NCBI RefSeq assembly: GCF_001644705.1
Contig: NZ_CP015137.1
Location: 4,830,001 to 4,862,000 of the forward strand
DNA from: Dickeya solani IPO 2222
GTDB lineage: Bacteria; Pseudomonadota; Gammaproteobacteria; Enterobacterales; Enterobacteriaceae
Direction: 5' to 3'
DNA length: 32,000 nucleotides
Shown: piece by piece, positions 9,176 to 18,753 of the stretch
How the letters are laid out: every line of letters begins with the position of its first letter
Position numbering within the stretch: position 1 is the stretch's first letter
Translations under genes and position numbers: made by a program
Notes under the pieces: model-generated
What the model was told of the DNA's origin: nothing
Seen by the model: the letters and a program-made list of their open reading frames with translations, nothing else
Databases searched by the model: none

Positions 9176-9658
9176 TTTCCCCTGCAGAGCCAGACCTTTC
9201 CTTTCCCGGCAATATTATTTTTATCCTGTCGAGGCGTAATCTCCCCGAGTCATTGCAACGTTCCCGGATATTTTTACGCAATATACCCACCGAATATATT
9301 CCTGTGATCTACCACGTCGTTTTATTACATTTTTATGAGAACCCGTTAAAAACTGGCGTACGCTTTATTGATAACCCCACCATCCTTTCAATTACCCCAA
9401 ATGATAATACCAAGTTAAAACATTACGACATCGAAACATAAAATTTACATTATCTTTCCCCGAATTAGCGGATACAGGTATGATGTTCCGACAGTAAAGA
9501 TTTGCTTATAAAACAGCGGCATCAACGTGGACGATGCTACACGCCATCACAATAAAAAATGGCTTCGGTAACCATGCAGCTAAAACGTTGCCACCTTGAT
9601 ATTTTTGATTCGGTTCCTCCCATCATTACCCTGGTAAATCAGAAAAAAGGAAGGCCCA

Positions 9659-11614
9659 ATGAAGACTGTTTTTGGCGCTTATAACAATTTCAGTGTCGGT
9701 GTGAAGCTGGCGCTCGGATTCGGACTGATATTATTGATGGCTGCAGTCATTATGCTGTCGGGGATCAATGGTTTTCGCAATATTGATGCCTATTCTCAAA
9801 AATCAATTATCAGCAATGATATTAACAGTTATCTGCAAGAAGCCCGGCGGGAGCGTCTGCGCTTCCAATATACCCATGATTATGCGGCTATTAATAAAAA
9901 CGGTGAATTGCTGAGTAAAATGATGCAATCGCTGGATATCGCCCAGACGATGAAATGGGATCCGGACACCCGTATCCTGCTGGACAAAGTTATTCAGTCC
10001 AGCAAGGATTACGGCGCCTCGCGGGAAAACCTGATCAGCGCCAGTCAGAAACGGGATACCGTCGGCCAGAAACTGACGCAGGACCTCATCGGCAAGGTAA
10101 TTGATACACTGCGCGGGCAATTCGATGCGGCGACACTCCCGGCGGAATTGCGGCTGGAGTTCATGGACATCAACGAAAGATTGTCTGACATTAAAGACGC
10201 GACCCATGAGTTGACGCTGACCCCTGCCACCGAAACCGAAGCGGCGCTTCGCAAAGCGCTGGACGCCGCACAGCGTACCCTCACGGAGGCGCTGCCAAAA
10301 TTCAGTACGGAGCAACAAAACCAGCTTAATCAGGCCTGGCAATTTTTTGCCGCCTATGGCGGGGATCTTACCCTTTACATGGCGACCTATCAGGAGGAAA
10401 GCGCGGCGTCTCAGCGTATGGCGGATATTGCGCTGGTTCTCAACCAGTCAGTGACTCAGCTCTATCAGATGCAACTGGACAAAGTGGATAACATTACCCG
10501 CCAGTCGCAGTACGAACAGTGGATCATCGGGTTGGCGATTATCACCATCGGCGTGCTGATGGCCTGGCGCATCACCTTGCTACTGACCCGTCCGCTGCGC
10601 CAGAGCCTGTCGCTGGCAGAACGGATAGCCCAGGGTGACCTGACCGCCTCCATCACCGTTACCCGTACGGATGAACTGGGTCAGTTGATGATGGCGATGA
10701 ATGAAATGAACCACAAGCTGCGCGAGATGATCGGCACCATTCGCGAAGGGGTGAGCAACGTGGCGTCCGCCGCGTCGGAAATCGCCGCCGGCAACACCGA
10801 TCTCTCCTCCCGCACCGAGCAGCAGTCGGCCGCGGTAGTGGAAACCGCCGCCAGCATGGAGCAGTTGACCTCAACGGTGAAGCAGAATGCCGACAACGCG
10901 CATCACGCCTCGCAGCTGGCGGCCGATGCGTCAACTAACGCCACCAAAGGCGGTGAGATCGTCACCAACGTGGTGAGCACCATGAACGAGATCGCCGTCA
11001 GTTCCCGACGCATTTCTGAAATCACCTCCGTCATCAACGGCATCGCTTTCCAGACCAACATTCTGGCGCTCAACGCCGCGGTGGAAGCGGCGCGCGCCGG
11101 CGAACAGGGCCGTGGTTTCGCCGTGGTGGCCGGCGAAGTGCGCAATCTGGCCCAGCGCAGCGCACAGGCCGCCAAAGAGATCGAAACCCTGATCGGCGAG
11201 TCGGTCACCCGGGTGAATACCGGCTCCACGCTGGTGGAAAGCGCCGGTAAAACTATGGATGAGATCATCCGCTCCATCTCTCATGTGCATGACATTATGG
11301 GGGAAATTGCCTCCGCGTCCGACGAACAAAGCCGCGGCATCAACCAGATCTCCACCGCGGTAGCCGAAATGGATGCCACCACCCAGCAGAACGCCGCGCT
11401 GGTGGAAGAGTCTTCCGCGGCGGCCAATTCGCTGGAAGAGCAGGCTCAGGCGCTGGAGCAGGCCGTCTCGATATTCCGCCTCGGCCATGACGACAGCCAT
11501 CACCCTGCCCGCACCACACACAAGCCCGTCGCCGTCAGCGCTAAAAAACCGCTGATGCTGGCTGGCGCCGCGGCGGGCGCCCGTTCCAACAACAACGAGT
11601 GGGAGTCGTTCTAA
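9659..11614 (+). CDS. Methyl-accepting chemotaxis protein, paralog 2, with the same architecture
   Basis: 651 aa. AGGAAGG at 9648-9654 precedes the ATG. The N-terminus is colinear with MCP1 (YNN.s[26 protein letters not shown]). The signalling domain is near-identical to MCP1. The C-terminal pentapeptide is EWESF. Confidence 0.92.
   Translation: MKTVFGAYNNFSVGVKLALGFGLILLMAAVIMLSGINGFRNIDAYSQKSIISNDINSYLQEARRERLRFQYTHDYAAINKNGELLSKMMQSLDIAQTMKWDPDTRILLDKVIQSSKDYGASRENLISASQKRDTVGQKLTQDLIGKVIDTLRGQFDAATLPAELRLEFMDINERLSDIKDATHELTLTPATETEAALRKALDAAQRTLTEALPKFSTEQQNQLNQAWQFFAAYGGDLTLYMATYQEESAASQRMADIALVLNQSVTQLYQMQLDKVDNITRQSQYEQWIIGLAIITIGVLMAWRITLLLTRPLRQSLSLAERIAQGDLTASITVTRTDELGQLMMAMNEMNHKLREMIGTIREGVSNVASAASEIAAGNTDLSSRTEQQSAAVVETAASMEQLTSTVKQNADNAHHASQLAADASTNATKGGEIVTNVVSTMNEIAVSSRRISEITSVINGIAFQTNILALNAAVEAARAGEQGRGFAVVAGEVRNLAQRSAQAAKEIETLIGESVTRVNTGSTLVESAGKTMDEIIRSISHVHDIMGEIASASDEQSRGINQISTAVAEMDATTQQNAALVEESSAAANSLEEQAQALEQAVSIFRLGHDDSHHPARTTHKPVAVSAKKPLMLAGAAAGARSNNNEWESF
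10745..11445 (+). repeat. ~0.7-kb near-identical direct repeat, copy B
   Basis: Partner of 8199-8899; see that feature. Confidence 0.9.
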
Positions 11615-11634
11615 ACCGTTAATTCTGTCTGATC

Positions 11635-11655
11635 ATGGCGGGTGCCGCCCGCCAT
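11635..11655 (+). terminator. Hairpin after MCP2 (weak terminator candidate)
   Basis: atggcggg-tgccg-cccgccat has an 8-bp GC-rich stem. The downstream sequence (attccgccgtttccgctttatt) is only moderately T-rich. Confidence 0.4.
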
Positions 11656-11882
11656 ATTCCGCCGTTTCCGCTTTATTACCGCCCGCTGCATAAGCTCTGT
11701 CACTCTTCGCATTTAATGTCGCGGTGATTTCCTGCAATACTGCCTGAGCGCGCCGCCGTCATGTTAATGATATTAAAGCATTATTTATGAAATAAGCCGA
11801 TGCTGCGCGCCGCATTCACCCTTTATCTATTGATTAACTCAACGCCTGGTTTTATCGGGGATGATCGGCGTAGCCGGGACCA

Positions 11883-11935
11883 CACTGGCACGTAACATCC
11901 ACTGGACACGTACAATCCACTGGACACGTAACATC
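11883..11935. repeat. 17/18-bp tandem repeat x3 upstream of the ABC binding-protein gene
   Basis: cactggcacgtaacatc / cactggacacgtacaatc / cactggacacgtaacatc. The array ends 41 nt before ATG 11977. Confidence 0.9.
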
Positions 11936-11976
11936 CCGCGGATACAGGCGCTTAACCATTCACACACGGGGACATT

Positions 11977-12807
11977 ATGCATTTATCTTTTCGCACCATG
12001 ATTGCCGCGCTGGCGCTGGTCGCCGCGCCCTGGCTGGCTCAGTCCGAGGTACCCGCCTCCACCTGGCAACACATCAAACAGACCGGCGAACTGCGTATCG
12101 GCGTGGCGCAAGGTGAACCCTGGTATTTCAAGAACGCGGCGACCGGCGAATGGGACGGTATCGGCTATCAGGTCGGTAAGGTGCTGGCGACAGACCTTGG
12201 GGTCAAACTGGTGACGGTAGAAACCACCTGGGGTAACGCGGTCGCCGCGCTGCAAACCGGCCAGATCGACACCATGCTGGTGCTTGACCCAACCGACGAG
12301 CGCAAAAAAGCGGTCGATTTTCCCGAGCAGCCGTTCTTCTGGTATGCCCAGGGCGTACTGGTGCGCGACGGCATCAGCGTCACCAACTGGGAAGACCTCA
12401 ACCGGCCGGATGTCAAAATCGGTGTCACGCTGGGGTCCAGCCCGGACCTGCTGCTGACCAAAAATCTGCCGAAAGCGCAGCTGGTGCGTTTCCCCAACAT
12501 GGATGAAGGCGTGGCGGCGTTTTATGCCGGACGGGTGGATGCGCTGTCTTATTTCCATCCGGCGCTGGCGCTGCAACAGGCCAAAGTCGGCAAAGGCAAC
12601 CTGATCCTGCCGAAACCCATCGTGGCGGTCAGCACCAGCGGCGCTATCCGCAAGGAAAGCGACCCAGCCTTCCACCAGTTCCTCAATGACGAATTCGGCA
12701 AGCTCTATCGGTCCGGCCAGATTCAGCAGTTCTACGAACAGGCGCTAAAAGCCCGCGGCGTGGACATCAGCAAAGTGCCGCCGGTAATCCGCGAAGCGTG
12801 GAAATAA
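11977..12807 (+). CDS. Polar amino-acid ABC transporter substrate-binding protein (SBP family 3)
   Basis: 276 aa. Signal peptide MHLSFRTMIAALALVAAPWLAQS. Family-3 pattern GELRIGV...W.GIGY.VGK.LA..LGVKL..VETTW.N.V.ALQTGQID. Confidence 0.85.
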   Translation: MHLSFRTMIAALALVAAPWLAQSEVPASTWQHIKQTGELRIGVAQGEPWYFKNAATGEWDGIGYQVGKVLATDLGVKLVTVETTWGNAVAALQTGQIDTMLVLDPTDERKKAVDFPEQPFFWYAQGVLVRDGISVTNWEDLNRPDVKIGVTLGSSPDLLLTKNLPKAQLVRFPNMDEGVAAFYAGRVDALSYFHPALALQQAKVGKGNLILPKPIVAVSTSGAIRKESDPAFHQFLNDEFGKLYRSGQIQQFYEQALKARGVDISKVPPVIREAWK

Positions 12808-12826
12808 CCGGTGTGACCGGGGAACG

Positions 12827-14239
12827 TCAGCCTGCAAACAGCGGCGCCAGTAGCGCCCCCGCATCCGGCTGGCGTTCCAGTTCGAGCAGCGCGTCAATCA
12901 GGCGATCGCTCTCGTTCTCCCCCAACCGCCGCGACAGATTGTCGCGGCATTTGCGTACAATCTCGGCTTCCGCCATCGGGTTCTGTTCGCACCCCGGCGG
13001 ATAATCCACTGCCGGCGCGTTCAGCCATTGCCCATCGACGTCGACCCTTACGCGATTGACAGGCCGCCGCTGTACCGCCATCAACCGATCCAACTCGTCA
13101 TCCACGACTAACTCGACCCGCCGGGCAAACGCCAGCAACGTCATATTCTGCCGCGCGGCCGCGTCGCTCCAGCCCTGCCGGGGAAGGCCGTAGGCCAGAC
13201 AGGCCAACGCCAGCGGTACGCTGAACTGAGCATCGGTTTCGCTCAACACCTGCGTATCGGCGAATTGCCGCACCAGCGTCCGGCTGCCAATCACCTGAAT
13301 CCGCGCGATCCGATCCGGCGACAGCCTCTGCTGCGTCAGCAATAGCTCAAACGCCGCCAGCGCGGTGTGCATCCAGCGGCAAACCGGGTAGCGTTTGAAA
13401 CTGGCATGGCGCAATCGCCATTCGTCTCCCAAACCGTCCATCAACAGCGACGTATCACACCGATCGGAGCCTGCCATGCGCCAGAACCCGTGCTCTCCGC
13501 CCAGCACGTCGCGCGGCCCGATGACGCCTTCCCGGTGCAGCAATACCCCACGCACCCCGGCTTCCGTCGCCGGCGCGTTATAATCCTTGAACGCCACCAG
13601 CGGCCGCTGCTGCCAGTTGTATTTGTGCAGCCCCGGCAGCGGGGTCAGCGACGCCGCCAGCCCAATGGCATTTTCCAGCCCGGCGGCATCGCAGCCGCTC
13701 AGCAGGCCGAACACAACCGCGGCGCCGATCGACTGATGCTGACACACGCCGTACACCTGCCGAAAACGTTCCGGACTGGGCTGCTGAGCAAGAATCACAC
13801 GCCCGTTGATTTCCCAGCCGGCCGCCAGCGCGCACAGCAGCCGGGCGCCGGATACCTGCCGCCCATCCAGCGCGGCCAACGCCGCGGCCACCAGCGTGGC
13901 GCCGGGGTGGCCCATGCCGCGCCCATCCCGCTCAAAGCCGTCGTCATAATCCAGCGCGTTCATCGCCGCCGAATTGACGAACGCCGCCCCCAACGCCGAC
14001 AGCCCGTCCTGGCTTCCCAACACCGGCGATGCGCCCACGGCATACTGCTGACGCGCCATGCGTTGTGCCTGCAGAAACACGTCGCTCTCCAGCCCGGCAA
14101 CGCCGCACCCCAGCGTATCCAGCAGGTGCAGCACTATCGTCCGTCGCCAGAGGGCAGGAATCGCCTCCGGGGCCAGTTGGCAGGCGAAACGGGCCAGCGT
14201 CAACGTGAGCGAATCGGTCTGGTTTGAAGGCGTAGTCAT
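12827..14239 (-). CDS. MmgE/PrpD-family protein (2-methylcitrate-dehydratase-like fold; substrate unknown)
   Basis: 470 aa from ATG 14239 (MTTPSNQTDSLTLTLARFA...). The track ORF extends to GTG 14296. Length and motifs fit the family (LLDTLGCGVAG, GHPGAT, FKRYPVCRW.H). It is convergent with the SBP gene, with 19 nt between the stops. Confidence 0.8.
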   Translation of the reverse strand: MTTPSNQTDSLTLTLARFACQLAPEAIPALWRRTIVLHLLDTLGCGVAGLESDVFLQAQRMARQQYAVGASPVLGSQDGLSALGAAFVNSAAMNALDYDDGFERDGRGMGHPGATLVAAALAALDGRQVSGARLLCALAAGWEINGRVILAQQPSPERFRQVYGVCQHQSIGAAVVFGLLSGCDAAGLENAIGLAASLTPLPGLHKYNWQQRPLVAFKDYNAPATEAGVRGVLLHREGVIGPRDVLGGEHGFWRMAGSDRCDTSLLMDGLGDEWRLRHASFKRYPVCRWMHTALAAFELLLTQQRLSPDRIARIQVIGSRTLVRQFADTQVLSETDAQFSVPLALACLAYGLPRQGWSDAAARQNMTLLAFARRVELVVDDELDRLMAVQRRPVNRVRVDVDGQWLNAPAVDYPPGCEQNPMAEAEIVRKCRDNLSRRLGENESDRLIDALLELERQPDAGALLAPLFAG

Positions 14240-14400
14240 CGGTTCAGGTTCCGGTTGATTAGGCTGAAAACAGCCTGATGAGCGGCATGATAACACCCGG
14301 TTTTACGACTTTTTTATTCCATTTTCGTCGTCTGACGACGCCAAACGCCATAACTCCGCCCCCCGCGTCAGACAGAGACACCGCGATACGGCTGTCGTTC

Positions 14401-14466
14401 CACATGTCTATCTGTTCACATGTCTATTTGCTCACACGTCTATCTGCCTGCACGGCTATCAGGCTG
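14401..14466. repeat. 16-18-bp tandem repeat x4 in the divergent PrpD-like / CBS promoter region
   Basis: cacatgtctatctgtt / cacatgtctatttgct / cacacgtctatctgcctg / cacggctatcaggctg. Confidence 0.9.
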
Positions 14467-14592
14467 TATGGCTTTACCGCCAAACAGAATTTTATTTCTG
14501 AAAATCGCATATACATGGTCAGTTATATTATTTTTATGACGTTATGACTGAGTTCTACCATGTCGACCTCGTTATGAACCGAGGTGATAACT

Positions 14593-15960
14593 ATGCCTGT
14601 TCCTACATCCGTACTCAGCCTGATCGGCAACACCCCGCTGCTGGAGTTGACGCAGTTCGATACCGGCCCCTGCCGGCTATTCGCCAAGCTGGAAAATCAG
14701 AATCCCGGCGGCTCGATCAAAGATCGCGTTGCGCTATCGATGATCGAGGCGGCAGAGCAGCAGGGAAAACTGCGGCCCGGCGGTACGCTGATCGAAGCCA
14801 CCGCCGGCAATACCGGGCTCGGGCTGGCGCTGGTGGCGGCGCTTAAAGGCTACCGCCTGATTCTGGTCGTGCCGGACAAGATGAGCCGGGAGAAAATCTT
14901 CCACCTGCGGGCTCTGGGCGTCGATGTACGCCTGACCCGCTCCGATGTCGCCAAAGGCCACCCGGACTACTATCAGGACTACGCGCAACGGCTGGCGCAC
15001 GAGATCCCCGGCGCGCTCTACATCGACCAGTTCAATAACCCGGCCAATCCGCTGGCCCACTACCGCACCACCGCGCCGGAACTGTGGCAACAGATGGAGC
15101 ACGACATTGATGCCATCGTGGTCGGCGTCGGTTCCGGCGGAACGCTGGGCGGGCTGAGCCGTTACTTCGCCGAGGTGTCGCCGAAAACCGAGCTGGTGCT
15201 GGCGGACCCGGCCGGGTCGATCCTGACCGATTACGTGCGGCAAGGGAACGTAGGCGAGGCGGGTAGCTGGCTGGTGGAAGGCATCGGCGAAGATTTTCTG
15301 CCGGCGCTGGCGAATTTCAGCCAGGTGAAACACGCCTACGCCATCAGCGATCGGGAATCGTTTCAGGCTGCCCGCGAATTGCTGCACAAGGAAGGCGTAC
15401 TGGCCGGCTCCTCCAGCGGTACGCTACTGGCGGCGGCGCTGCGCTACTGCCGCGCCCAGACTGAACCGCGCCGGGTGGTAACGCTGGTGTGCGACAGCGG
15501 CAACAAGTACCTGTCGAAGATGTTCAACGACTACTGGATGATCGAGCAAGGGTTAATCCACCGCCCGCCGCTGGGCGACCTGCGCGACCTCATTACTTAT
15601 CGTCACAATGAAGGCGCCGCCGTGTCCGCTTCCCCGACTGACTCGCTGGCGATTGTTCATGCCCGGATGCGACTGTACGACATCTCCCAGTTGCCGGTGC
15701 TGGAGCACGATCGGGTGGTCGGGGTGATTGACGAGTGGGACCTGCTCAACCATCTCAAGGCTAATCCGCGCCACTTCTCACTGACAGCACGTGACGCGAT
15801 GACCGATCAGGTCAACACCCTGCAAAAAGACGCGTCGTTCGATCACCTGCTAACGACCTTTGAGCGCGGACATGTGGCGGTGGTTCTGGACGGCCAGCGT
15901 TTTCTCGGCCTGATTACCCGCACCGATGTGCTCAATCACTGGCGGCATCTGGTGCGCTGA
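14593..15960 (+). CDS. Cystathionine beta-synthase (PLP fold type II catalytic domain plus C-terminal CBS-domain pair)
   Basis: 455 aa from ATG 14593 (GAGG at 14581-14584). It has the cysteine-synthase/CBS core with the PLP-lysine context NPGGSIKDRVAL and the GSGGT loop. The C-terminal ~120 aa form a Bateman module (two CBS repeats). Confidence 0.88.
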   Translation: MPVPTSVLSLIGNTPLLELTQFDTGPCRLFAKLENQNPGGSIKDRVALSMIEAAEQQGKLRPGGTLIEATAGNTGLGLALVAALKGYRLILVVPDKMSREKIFHLRALGVDVRLTRSDVAKGHPDYYQDYAQRLAHEIPGALYIDQFNNPANPLAHYRTTAPELWQQMEHDIDAIVVGVGSGGTLGGLSRYFAEVSPKTELVLADPAGSILTDYVRQGNVGEAGSWLVEGIGEDFLPALANFSQVKHAYAISDRESFQAARELLHKEGVLAGSSSGTLLAAALRYCRAQTEPRRVVTLVCDSGNKYLSKMFNDYWMIEQGLIHRPPLGDLRDLITYRHNEGAAVSASPTDSLAIVHARMRLYDISQLPVLEHDRVVGVIDEWDLLNHLKANPRHFSLTARDAMTDQVNTLQKDASFDHLLTTFERGHVAVVLDGQRFLGLITRTDVLNHWRHLVR

Positions 15961-15963
15961 CGT

Positions 15964-16029
15964 TTCTACCGTTTGCCATTTTCTACGTTTGCCATTTTCT
16001 ACCGTTTAGCATTTTCTACCGTTTGCCAT
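15964..16029. repeat. 16/17-bp tandem repeat x4 that fills the CBS-CGL intergenic spacer
   Basis: ttctaccgtttgccatt / ttctacgtttgccatt / ttctaccgtttagcatt / ttctaccgtttgccat. It starts 4 nt after the CBS stop and ends at the AAGGA RBS of the next gene. Confidence 0.92.
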
Positions 16030-16040
16030 AAGGATTAACC

Positions 16041-17195
16041 ATGAGCCATTTCGATACCCTGACCGTTCACGCCGGCTACACCCCGGACAGTACCGGCGCG
16101 GTGATGCCGGCGATTTACGCCACCTCGACCTTCGCCCAGCCGGCGCCCGGTCAACATACCGGTTATGAATACTCGCGTAGCGGCAATCCAACCCGCCACG
16201 CGCTGGAAGCCAATATCGCCGCGCTGGAAGGGGGGATTCAGGGCTTTGCCTTCGCCTCCGGGCTGGCGGCCAGCGCCACGGTGTTGGAACTGCTCGATCA
16301 GGGCAGTCATATCGTCGCGGTGGACGATATCTACGGCGGCACCTGGCGGCTGCTGGACCGGGTGCGCAAACGCAGCGCCGGGCTGAGCGTCACCTACGTC
16401 GACCCCGCCGACCTGACCGGGCTAGAACAGGCTATCACCCCGCTCACCCGCATGATTTGGGTGGAAACGCCCACCAACCCGCTGCTGAAACTGGCGGACC
16501 TGCGCGCTATCGCCGGGCTGGCCCAGCGCCACGGCGTGATCAGCGTGGCGGACAACACCTTCGCCTCCCCGGCCTTGCAGCGCCCGCTGGATCTGGGCTT
16601 CGATATCGTGGTGCATTCGGCCACCAAATACCTGAACGGTCATTCCGATGTGGTTGCCGGGCTGGCGGTGGTCGGGCGGGATAACGACCTGGCGGCGCAA
16701 CTGGCGTTTTTGCAGAATGCGGTGGGCGGCGTGCTCGACCCGTTCAGCAGCTTCCTGACCCTGCGCGGCATTCGCACGCTGGCGCTGCGCCTCGCCCGTC
16801 ACAGCGATAATGCGCTGACGCTGGCTCGCTGGCTGGAGCAGCAGCCACAGGTGGAACAGGTTTACTACCCCGGCTTGCCGTCTCACCCGCAGCATACGCT
16901 GGCGCAACAGCAAATGAGCGCCTTTGGCGGCATGATCAGCGTGCGTCTGCGCGGCGACGCCGACTACGCCGGCGAGGTGATTAAGCGCACCCGGCTATTC
17001 ACGCTGGCGGAAAGCCTGGGCGGGGTGGAAAGCCTGATCAGCCAGCCATTCAACATGACCCACGCCTCCTTGCCGCTGGAACAGCGCCTGCGCCTCGGCA
17101 TCACGCCGCAGTTGCTGCGCCTGTCGGTCGGCATCGAAAATGTTGAAGACCTGATTGCCGATCTCCGGCAAGCGTTGACCGGCCAGACCGCGTAA
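16041..17195 (+). CDS. Cystathionine gamma-lyase (Cys/Met-metabolism PLP enzyme family)
   Basis: 384 aa. Family hallmarks: [15 protein letters not shown], and the PLP-lysine motif [12 protein letters not shown]. It directly follows the CBS gene. Confidence 0.88.
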   Translation: MSHFDTLTVHAGYTPDSTGAVMPAIYATSTFAQPAPGQHTGYEYSRSGNPTRHALEANIAALEGGIQGFAFASGLAASATVLELLDQGSHIVAVDDIYGGTWRLLDRVRKRSAGLSVTYVDPADLTGLEQAITPLTRMIWVETPTNPLLKLADLRAIAGLAQRHGVISVADNTFASPALQRPLDLGFDIVVHSATKYLNGHSDVVAGLAVVGRDNDLAAQLAFLQNAVGGVLDPFSSFLTLRGIRTLALRLARHSDNALTLARWLEQQPQVEQVYYPGLPSHPQHTLAQQQMSAFGGMISVRLRGDADYAGEVIKRTRLFTLAESLGGVESLISQPFNMTHASLPLEQRLRLGITPQLLRLSVGIENVEDLIADLRQALTGQTA

Positions 17196-17209
17196 TCCCG
17201 CCGCGTTCA

Positions 17210-17235
17210 GGGCTGTCGCCGACAGCCCGCTTTTT
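17210..17235 (+). terminator. Rho-independent terminator after the CBS-CGL unit
   Basis: gggctgt-cgccg-acagccc is followed by gcttttt. It starts 15 nt after the stop. Confidence 0.8.
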
Positions 17236-17413
17236 CCCCGCTTTCCCCGGCCGCGACTCAGCGAATTTCCCGCTTTCCTTAGCCAAAAACCAACTATCAA
17301 TCCGCTTTTTTAGCATTTACTTATCACATTTTTCAGCTGCTAAGATGCGGTGAATATAAAAAACACCATCGATATAACAATTTGTACGCCACTGGCGTTA
17401 TCAGGGAAAAAAC

Positions 17414-18070
17414 ATGCGTTATCAATGGGATTTTTCCGCCCTGCCGCACTGGTGGCCGCTGCTGCTGGACGGGTTGTGGGGAACGGTCCGCATCGGCTTT
17501 ACCAGCATTCTCATCGGGATGCTGGTCGGCGCGCTGCTGGCCGCGATGAAACTGTCGTCCACCCGGCTGTGGCGCCTGCCCGCTCACCTGTTCATCGGCT
17601 TTTATCGCAACACGCCCGCCATCGTGCATTTTTTCTGGATTTACTACGCGCTGCCGGTCGTCAGCCCGCTAACCCTGTCGCCGTTCGCCGCCGCGGTGAC
17701 CGCCCTGTCGGCGCAGTCGGCCGCGTTTTACGCCGAAGTCTACCGCGGCGGCATCCTGTCGATTGCCGCGGGTCAGTGGGACGGCGCCAAAGCGCTCGGC
17801 ATGTCGCGCCCGCTGGCGCTGCGCCGCGTGATCTTGCCGCAGGCGTTGCGGCGCATGATCCCGCCGCTGATTGAGCGCTCGTTCGAGCTGATTAAATCCA
17901 CCTCGCTGGCGTCGTCGCTGGCCTACGGCGAACTGTTGTATCAGGCGATGCAGATCAACAGTCAGAGCTTCCACAGTCTGACAGCGCTGCTCTATTTCAC
18001 GCTGCTGTTTGTCCTTAGCCTGCTGAGTCAGTACGTCGAGCGACGGCTGTCTTACGCCCGAGCACAGTGA
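17414..18070 (+). CDS. Polar amino-acid ABC transporter permease (His/Glu/Gln/Arg/opine type)
   Basis: 218 aa. EAA-loop region GQWDGAKALGMSRPLALRRVILPQALRRMIPPL. Confidence 0.9.
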   Translation: MRYQWDFSALPHWWPLLLDGLWGTVRIGFTSILIGMLVGALLAAMKLSSTRLWRLPAHLFIGFYRNTPAIVHFFWIYYALPVVSPLTLSPFAAAVTALSAQSAAFYAEVYRGGILSIAAGQWDGAKALGMSRPLALRRVILPQALRRMIPPLIERSFELIKSTSLASSLAYGELLYQAMQINSQSFHSLTALLYFTLLFVLSLLSQYVERRLSYARAQ

Positions 18071-18078
18071 GGTCGCCG

Positions 18079-18753
18079 ATGCACTATCAATGGAACTTTG
18101 GTTTTATCTGGCAACAGTTGCCAGTCCTGCTGCGCGGGCTGGGCGTCACGCTGGAGCTGTGGCTGCTGGCGGGCGTCGGCGGCACGCTGCTCGGCCTGGC
18201 GCTGGGCATCGCCCGCACCGCGCGCCGCCGCAGCGTCCGCCTGCCGGTGATGGCGTTCGTCGAGCTGTTTCGCAACACGCCGGTGCTGATCCAGTTGATC
18301 TGGTTTTATTACGCGTTGCCGGTGCTGCTCGGCATCCAGTTCAGCACCTTTGGCGCGGCGACGCTGGCGCTGACGCTCTACACCGCCGCCTACAGCACCG
18401 AAATTTTCCGCGCCGGTCTGCAATCGATGGAACAAGGCCAGTGGGAAGGCGCTAAAGCGCTCGGCATGTCTTACCCGCTGGCGCTGCGACGGGTGATCCT
18501 GCCGCAGGTGTTGCAGCGTATGTTGCCCGCGCTGACCAACCGCCTGATCGAGCTGGCCAAGGTCACCTCGCTGGCGTCGATGCTGGCGGTCAATGAATTG
18601 ATGTATCAGGGTCGCCTGCTGAGCAGCGACACCTACCGTCCGCTGGAAATTCTCACCGTGGTGGCGTTGTTCTACTTCGTGCTGATTTGGCCCGGCAGTT
18701 ATCTGGCCGCGCGGCTGGAGCGGCGCTGGCGTGCCCCTTTGTCAACCCGATAA
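18079..18753 (+). CDS. Polar amino-acid ABC transporter permease, second subunit
   Basis: 224 aa from ATG 18079 (MHYQWNFGF..., parallel to MRYQWDFSA of the first permease). GAGG at 18069-18072. The track start GTG 18067 overlaps the upstream stop. EAA loop: GQWEGAKALGMSYPLALRRVILPQVLQRMLPAL. Confidence 0.9.
   Translation: MHYQWNFGFIWQQLPVLLRGLGVTLELWLLAGVGGTLLGLALGIARTARRRSVRLPVMAFVELFRNTPVLIQLIWFYYALPVLLGIQFSTFGAATLALTLYTAAYSTEIFRAGLQSMEQGQWEGAKALGMSYPLALRRVILPQVLQRMLPALTNRLIELAKVTSLASMLAVNELMYQGRLLSSDTYRPLEILTVVALFYFVLIWPGSYLAARLERRWRAPLSTR

Noticed and set aside
9139-9441. 100-aa ORF in the AT-rich MCP1-MCP2 intergenic region.
   Set aside because: It starts inside the MCP1 terminator hairpin and has no RBS. 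Its composition simply reflects AT-rich DNA (Ile/Asn/Phe/Leu-rich), and I recognise no family. I treat the region as non-coding leader.
11886-11901. Sigma-54-like TGGCACG in the first repeat unit upstream of the SBP gene (TGGCACGTAACATCCA).
   Set aside because: The -24 half is perfect, but the -12 position reads CC instead of the invariant GC. It is probably a chance product of the unit variant.
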